Source: an uncultured cyanobacterium
GTDB lineage: Bacteria; Cyanobacteriota; Cyanobacteriia; PCC-9006; JAAUQQ01
Direction of reading: 5' to 3'
DNA: 64,000 nucleotides
Assembly (NCBI GenBank): GCA_963718615.1
Contig: OY970368.1
Span: forward strand, 5,280,001-5,344,000
Positions 59,632-64,000 of this stretch are shown one piece after another (position 1 is the first letter of the stretch; every line of letters starts with the position of its first letter). The notes under the pieces are model-generated. The model made no database searches and was not told where the DNA came from. It worked only from the letters and a program-made list of their open reading frames with translations. Made by a program: the position numbers and the translations under genes.

Positions 59632-60048
59632 ATGGCAATTTCGGATAGCTTGCGTCAGCAGGTGATGCAGCGGGCTGAGTTTCGGTGTGAGTACTGCAAA
59701 ACCTCTGTGCGGATCACGGGAACGCCTTTGGTGGTAGAGCATGTCTATCCGCGATCGCTAGGCGGTTCGGATTCTGCTGATAATTTGGCAGCAGCTTGTT
59801 ATCGTTGCAATGAGTTCAAGGGGGCAAGGATACAGACCATAGATCCGGAGTCGGGGCAGCTTGTGAGTCTATTTCACCCGCGAACTCAGGTTTGGATGGA
59901 GCATTTTGCTTGGGCCAATGGCGGGGTCTATGTGGTGGGTTTGACAGGGATGGGGCGTGCGACGGTGATGGCGTTGCGGATGAATAATGAGAATGTGGTG
60001 AATGCCAGGGCTCTTTGGGTTTTGAGTGGTTGGCATCCACCTGCTTGA
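59632..60048 (+). CDS. HNH endonuclease
   Basis: CEYC, VEHVYPRSLGG, NLAAACYRCNEFKG, LFHPR.Q.W.EHF and GRAT...LRMN motifs. Confidence 0.92.
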   Translation: MAISDSLRQQVMQRAEFRCEYCKTSVRITGTPLVVEHVYPRSLGGSDSADNLAAACYRCNEFKGARIQTIDPESGQLVSLFHPRTQVWMEHFAWANGGVYVVGLTGMGRATVMALRMNNENVVNARALWVLSGWHPPA

Positions 60049-60078
60049 GGATGATTTTAGAGTGCTTGACGGAGTAGT

Positions 60079-60188
60079 GGCGGGTGCGGTGGTGGCCGGG
60101 TGTGCTGTCTTGGGTCCAGCAGGCGGAGCGGCGGCAGAATATTGTGTTGACGGTTGGGTTCAGAGCAAGACACCAGACTTGAAACATC
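60079..60188 (+). repeat. About 110-bp direct repeat A, copy 1 (copy 2 at 60799-60909)
   Basis: GGCGGGT.CGG.GGTGG.CGG.TGTG.TGTCTTGGGT...CAGGCGGAGC...AATATT.T.TTGACGGTTGGGTT...CAAG...AGA.TTGAA..ATC is shared by both copies. Confidence 0.85.
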
Positions 60189-60192
60189 TACT

Positions 60193-60360
60193 TTGTTTGG
60201 GTGAGGCGATTGGCTTCGCCTAGCTCCGAAGGATCGCTTTTTGGCGGGTAGGCGATCGCCCCCAACCCCGCGATACAATTGAGTGAAGGCGCGATATCTT
60301 CCTCCTAAGCACAACTCCCCATGCAAGTCACTATCGATATCCCTGAATCCCTGGCAGAAC
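60193..60360 (+). repeat. 168-bp direct repeat B, copy 2
   Basis: Colinear with 58245-58412. Confidence 0.92.
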
Positions 60361-60677
60361 GGCTCAAGCCACACGCCGCGAGGCTCCCGGAAATCCTGGA
60401 GCGGGGTTTGTTGGAGGTGCAGTCAGAGGCTGTCAGTCCGTTTCATGGGGAGGCGGATATTATCTACCTGCTGGCAAGTCAACCTGACCCCAAGACGATT
60501 TTAGCGATTCGACCCTCGTCAGAATTGCAGTCACGGATGTCTGAGCTGTTGGCGGCAAAGAAACAGCGGGATTTGTCGCAAGATGAGCAAACGGAGCTGG
60601 AACGCTATTTTTGGCTGGAGCATTTGGTCAGATTGGCGAAGGGGAATACCTATCGTCAGCTTAAGTTGGCAGCATGA
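60321..60677 (+). CDS. Small partner (putative antitoxin) of an HNH gene
   Basis: MQVTIDIPESLA...LASQPDPKTILAIRPS.ELQ.R.SELL...LS.DEQ.EL..Y..LEHLVRLAK. Confidence 0.8.
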   Translation: MQVTIDIPESLAERLKPHAARLPEILERGLLEVQSEAVSPFHGEADIIYLLASQPDPKTILAIRPSSELQSRMSELLAAKKQRDLSQDEQTELERYFWLEHLVRLAKGNTYRQLKLAA

Positions 60678-60733
60678 GCTATGTTTCTGGTGCGCTTAAG
60701 CGGATAGTAACTGAGCGATCTGAGGAGAGCTGA
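60674..60733 (+). pseudogene. N-terminal stub of an HNH gene
   Basis: ATGA-coupled 19-aa ORF MSYVSGALKRIVTERSEES*, similar to the HNH N-termini ISDSLRQQVMQRA and ISDAMKAQVRARA. Confidence 0.6.
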
Positions 60734-60798
60734 GCGATTTCTTCAGGATGAGTGAATGCAGCAGAGTTGTATTAGCGTCTGAGTTGTTTGTTGCAGGC

Positions 60799-60909
60799 GG
60801 CGGGTACGGCGGTGGACGGATGTGTTGTCTTGGGTGAGGCAGGCGGAGCCGATAGCAAAATATTTTATTGACGGTTGGGTTTGGGACAAGGCGATAGAAT
60901 TGAAGTATC
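60799..60909 (+). repeat. About 110-bp direct repeat A, copy 2
   Basis: Aligns with 60079-60188 and ends in GCGATAGAAT (-10-like) upstream of 60933. Confidence 0.85.
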
Positions 60910-60932
60910 CGTGCCCATTACTCCCGACTGTC

Positions 60933-61214
60933 ATGACATTGACGCTCTTACCCCCCCATTTGCATCAGTTACCTGCGTCTTTGCCCCTTGAGGGGGCTGT
61001 ACGAATTGATTTGCAGGAAGGGATTCCTATTTTTAAGGCATCTAGAGCTGTTCAGGAGCGGGTTCAGGCTCTCTTAGACCGCATGAAGAACATTGGGCTT
61101 TCTGAGGAGGAGGAGCTAGAGCTGGATCAATATGAAGAGATTGATAGCTACCTCAGTTTTGTGAATCGCCTGATTCGTAATCAGATGTTAATGCAGTCGC
61201 AACAAGCATCTTAG
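60933..61214 (+). CDS. Small partner (putative antitoxin) of an HNH gene
   Basis: LPLEGAVRI.L.EGIPIF.AS..VQER...LL...LSEEEE.ELDQYEEID.YLSFVNRL; abuts the HNH start. Confidence 0.8.
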   Translation: MTLTLLPPHLHQLPASLPLEGAVRIDLQEGIPIFKASRAVQERVQALLDRMKNIGLSEEEELELDQYEEIDSYLSFVNRLIRNQMLMQSQQAS

Positions 61215-61420
61215 ATGGCTGCTCGAAGTATTTCAGACGCAATGAAGGCTCAGGTACGTGCCAGAGCGCAGGGTCTTTGTGAGTATTGTCATGCGGCGGA
61301 GCAGTGGCAGTATGTTGAATTTACGGTAGATCATGTGCTGCCTGTGTCGAAGGGCGGCAGTGATTTGGTGGACAATTTAGCGCTGGCTTGTTTTTACTGC
61401 AATCGCCGCAAGTTATCAAG
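61215..61420 (+). pseudogene. HNH endonuclease interrupted by IS21
   Basis: CEYCH, VDHVLP...GG and NLALACFYCNRRK, then the sequence switches to the IS end TGTCAAG at 61421. Confidence 0.88.
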
Positions 61421-61518
61421 TGTCAAGACATTTGCCTGTCGCGACAATTAGAAGGCGGGGAGCCCACTGAATTGGCAAAAGGAAATGAGAAGCGGCAATC
61501 TCAGGTCAAGACGACAAT

Positions 61519-62433
61519 CTAAGATCGCTTCTGGTGTGTCGATGTTTGGGAGTCAGATTCAGAGGATTTTGCCGGGAGTGCCTTCAAGTTCTCAGAGCGC
61601 TGGTGAGCGGAGCGTTTACGAAAACTGTCCGCCTTGATTTCGAGAATGACCGCATGGTGAATGAGGCGGTCAACGGCGGCGACGGTCATCATGGAATCAC
61701 CAAAGATGGAGTTCCACTCACTGAACGGCTGATTGGCAGTGACCATGATGCTTTTGCGCTCATAGCGATAGGCAATGAGTTCAAAGAGAACGGAGGTTTC
61801 TGCCTCGGATTTTTGGACATAGCCGAGGTCATCAATGATCACGAGGTCAAAGCGGTCGAGCTTTTTCAGGGCAGGCTGAAGCTGGAGATGAAGCTTTTCT
61901 TTTTGGAGATACTGCACCAGGGTGGTGGCACAGAAGAATTTGACGCGCTTGCCCGCTTCCAGGGCGGCACGAGCGATGCCAGCGGCCAGATGGGTTTTGC
62001 CGACCCCAGAAGGTCCGAAGAAGAGACAGTTTTGGGCGTCATCAATCCACTGGGGTTCAGTGGCGAGTTTTTGAATCGGGAGAGGGTTAACCAGGGGCAG
62101 GTGTGTCCAATCGAAATTGGAAACCGTTTTGGCGTTGGGCAGTTGAGCTTCGGTGATGGCTCTTTGGAGGCGCAAAGCCTTGCGGCGGTCTGTTTCGAGT
62201 TGGCACAGGGCCAAGAGAAATTGCGCGTAGGACCAGGTCTCTCGCATGGCTTGCTGCTCCAAGGTCTCCCAGTGGTTGAGCATATGGGATAAGCGCAGGT
62301 GCTTGAGCTGAGCGCTGAGGCTTTGGTAAGGGCTCAGCTCCGGTTGAGACGAGCTCTGGTTCTGCATCTGGGATGACGCTGCTGTGGGTGAACAGGAGGG
62401 CATCGTAGTCGTTGAGGTCATGTTGTTGGACAT
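61519..62433 (-). CDS. istB: IS21 helper ATPase
   Basis: GPSGVGKTHLA, IIDDLGY, TANQPFSEW and AAVDRLIHH motifs. The start is uncertain. Confidence 0.96.
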   Translation of the reverse strand: MSNNMTSTTTMPSCSPTAASSQMQNQSSSQPELSPYQSLSAQLKHLRLSHMLNHWETLEQQAMRETWSYAQFLLALCQLETDRRKALRLQRAITEAQLPNAKTVSNFDWTHLPLVNPLPIQKLATEPQWIDDAQNCLFFGPSGVGKTHLAAGIARAALEAGKRVKFFCATTLVQYLQKEKLHLQLQPALKKLDRFDLVIIDDLGYVQKSEAETSVLFELIAYRYERKSIMVTANQPFSEWNSIFGDSMMTVAAVDRLIHHAVILEIKADSFRKRSAHQRSENLKALPAKSSESDSQTSTHQKRS

Positions 62434-63877
62434 TCACGGTGGGGAATTCGAGTTTGGTGAGCAACTGAAAATGGAGTCTGAGCCTTGAGAGGGTGAGGGT
62501 TTTGGCCTCAATCTCTGGGAAGAGGTAGTCAGCGACCGCCGCTTCCTTGTTTTGGGTCGCCGCAATATAGAGGGCTTCGACCATGAGCACGGCGGCAGAA
62601 TCAAGCTCAAAGCCAGCCTGGAGCTGTTTCCAGAGTTGGTGATAGCGCTCATTGGGCAGGAGGTCCTCTCGCCAGGTGCTGTGGAGGAAGGCCAAGGGCT
62701 TTTTGCGCAACCCTTCGATGACATGGTGATAGTCCACCGAGCGGGCGCGCCGCTTGTCCTTGTCAGTAGAACGAATCCGTTTCAACCTGAACACTTCATG
62801 GCCTTCGAGGTAGCCCATCAGGCGGTTGTGGTGCAGATGCACTTCCAGGGACCGGCCAATTAAGCGAGACGGCACGCTGTAGAGCATGCAGCGGATATCA
62901 ATCGTGCTGTTGCTGCTCACCTTAGCGGTGAGGAGTTCGTAGTCCGCAGCCCGGTATTTGGGCAACGCCTGGAGATGCGCTTTCTCATGCTCATACTTAT
63001 CCTGATGCTGGGCATTGAGCTTGGCCACACAGTCATTGAGCAGGTCTTGATAGTCGCTGACGCTAGCGAAGTCGGTGCTGCCGCGCAGGTACATCGCTTG
63101 GACAATGCGGTTCTTCAGATGACCGTGGGGGCCTTCAATAGAACCGTTCTCGTGGGCGATTCCCCGGTTGTTTCGCGTCGGTTGCAACCGATAGTGCTCA
63201 CACAGGTCGTCATACAAGCGCGTCAGCGGTTTGGTCTTCTTCCCACCCAGATTTCGATAGGCCGCACTCAGGCTATCGGTGCGATGCTGCTTTGGAGCCC
63301 CGCCGCAGGCAAACAGGGCATTCTGCAATCCTTCGGATAGGGCGACAAAGCTTTCACCCCCCTCGATTAACTCCGCGTAGGACCAGCCGCTGTAGCCCAA
63401 GCGGTAGTGATAAATCAAGTGCTCATAGGGCTTTCCATTTATCGTCACCACCGTCCCTTTGAGTTCGGTGAAGTCGGAAAATCCTTGCACCCCCGGCTCG
63501 TGACGCAGCTCAAACATCACCTCGGGAGCTGGACCATACAGTGCTTTCCAGGTTCTCACTCGCCGCTGAAGCGTCCTGAGCACTTGCGGATATTGACCCG
63601 GATATTTGTCCTGCAAATGCTCAAATAACGTCGTCGGTTTCAGTCTTGGCTCAGCTCGCAGCATCGCCTCTAGTTCGGCTTCCCAAAGACCGTTGAGTGG
63701 ATCTGGCCGGGTCCGCACCCCGGTGCCCTCTCCACTCCCCTGCTGCCACTCGTTGGCATCCATTCGTTGCGCGGTTCGCACCGAAAATTCCGCCACCGCT
63801 GCCGCATCTTGCTGCGACAGGCCATGCTCCTTTGCATTCATGTACACTCGCTGTTGATACATTATTACTCTCGACAC
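62087..63877 (-). CDS. istA: IS21 transposase
   Basis: RTLQRR, DFT, HRTDSLSAA, HENGSIE and YSVPSRLIG motifs. The C-terminal tail overlaps istB. Confidence 0.95.
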   Translation of the reverse strand: MSRVIMYQQRVYMNAKEHGLSQQDAAAVAEFSVRTAQRMDANEWQQGSGEGTGVRTRPDPLNGLWEAELEAMLRAEPRLKPTTLFEHLQDKYPGQYPQVLRTLQRRVRTWKALYGPAPEVMFELRHEPGVQGFSDFTELKGTVVTINGKPYEHLIYHYRLGYSGWSYAELIEGGESFVALSEGLQNALFACGGAPKQHRTDSLSAAYRNLGGKKTKPLTRLYDDLCEHYRLQPTRNNRGIAHENGSIEGPHGHLKNRIVQAMYLRGSTDFASVSDYQDLLNDCVAKLNAQHQDKYEHEKAHLQALPKYRAADYELLTAKVSSNSTIDIRCMLYSVPSRLIGRSLEVHLHHNRLMGYLEGHEVFRLKRIRSTDKDKRRARSVDYHHVIEGLRKKPLAFLHSTWREDLLPNERYHQLWKQLQAGFELDSAAVLMVEALYIAATQNKEAAVADYLFPEIEAKTLTLSRLRLHFQLLTKLEFPTVNVQQHDLNDYDALLFTHSSVIPDAEPELVSTGAEPLPKPQRSAQAPALIPYAQPLGDLGAASHARDLVLRAISLGPVPTRNRPPQGFAPPKSHHRSSTAQRQNGFQFRLDTPAPG

Positions 63878-64000
63878 TCGTTAGAGTCCTTTCTTTCCAG
63901 GGGGACCCTATGAGTGTCTTTTTTTGTCGATCGCCACGCCAGTGAGCTGTCAAAGTCTCACGTCTGTCTCACGATCCAAGCCACGCTTTCGCGACAACTC

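Larger units (their letters stand above)
61421..64000 (-). mobile_element. IS21-family insertion sequence (other end beyond the window)
   Basis: TGTCAAG... terminus with internal CGACAA repeats (about 61442, 61512, 63992) and an istA-istB gene pair. Confidence 0.92.

Noticed and set aside
58245-60909. Diversity-generating retroelement TR/VR pair or a classical integron
   Set aside because: Mismatches between repeat copies are not confined to adenines, and there is no reverse transcriptase or tyrosine integrase in the window.
61534-62292. 252-aa ORF antisense to istB
   Set aside because: Shadow of the IS21 ATPase gene.

Overview
This is cyanobacterial chromosomal DNA, judged from the frequent HIP1 octamer GCGATCGC, a PatA-type chemosensory operon, and Uma2 and DUF3181 genes. 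Core genes include treZ-treY, uvrA, msrB, a patA-cheY-cheW-MCP-cheA operon, ureD-ureA-ureB-ureC, moaC and tRNA-Arg(ACG). They are interleaved with accessory DNA: (1) an AT-rich FG-GAP/Calx-beta surface protein; (2) an AT-rich block with a stand-alone NRPS-like enzyme (degenerate A, proline-code A, T, reductase), an FG-GAP/RTX protein and a frameshifted substrate-binding protein; (3) a cargo hotspot in the urease operon holding a 259-bp MITE, a kinase-TPR gene, a higA remnant, an exact 70-bp copy of the ureC 5' end, a nonsense-inactivated papain-fold toxin with its partner, and an IS3 element; (4) a single-chain kinase-phosphoesterase-Rnl1-type ligase with no Hen1 in the window; (5) a tandem array of small-protein/HNH cassettes with shared promoter-bearing repeats, ending in an IS21 element. 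Elements missing from the ORF track include a dps pseudogene fused antisense to the end of a LysR gene and a 31-aa membrane microprotein candidate. All family assignments come from motif recognition by eye; no database searches were run.
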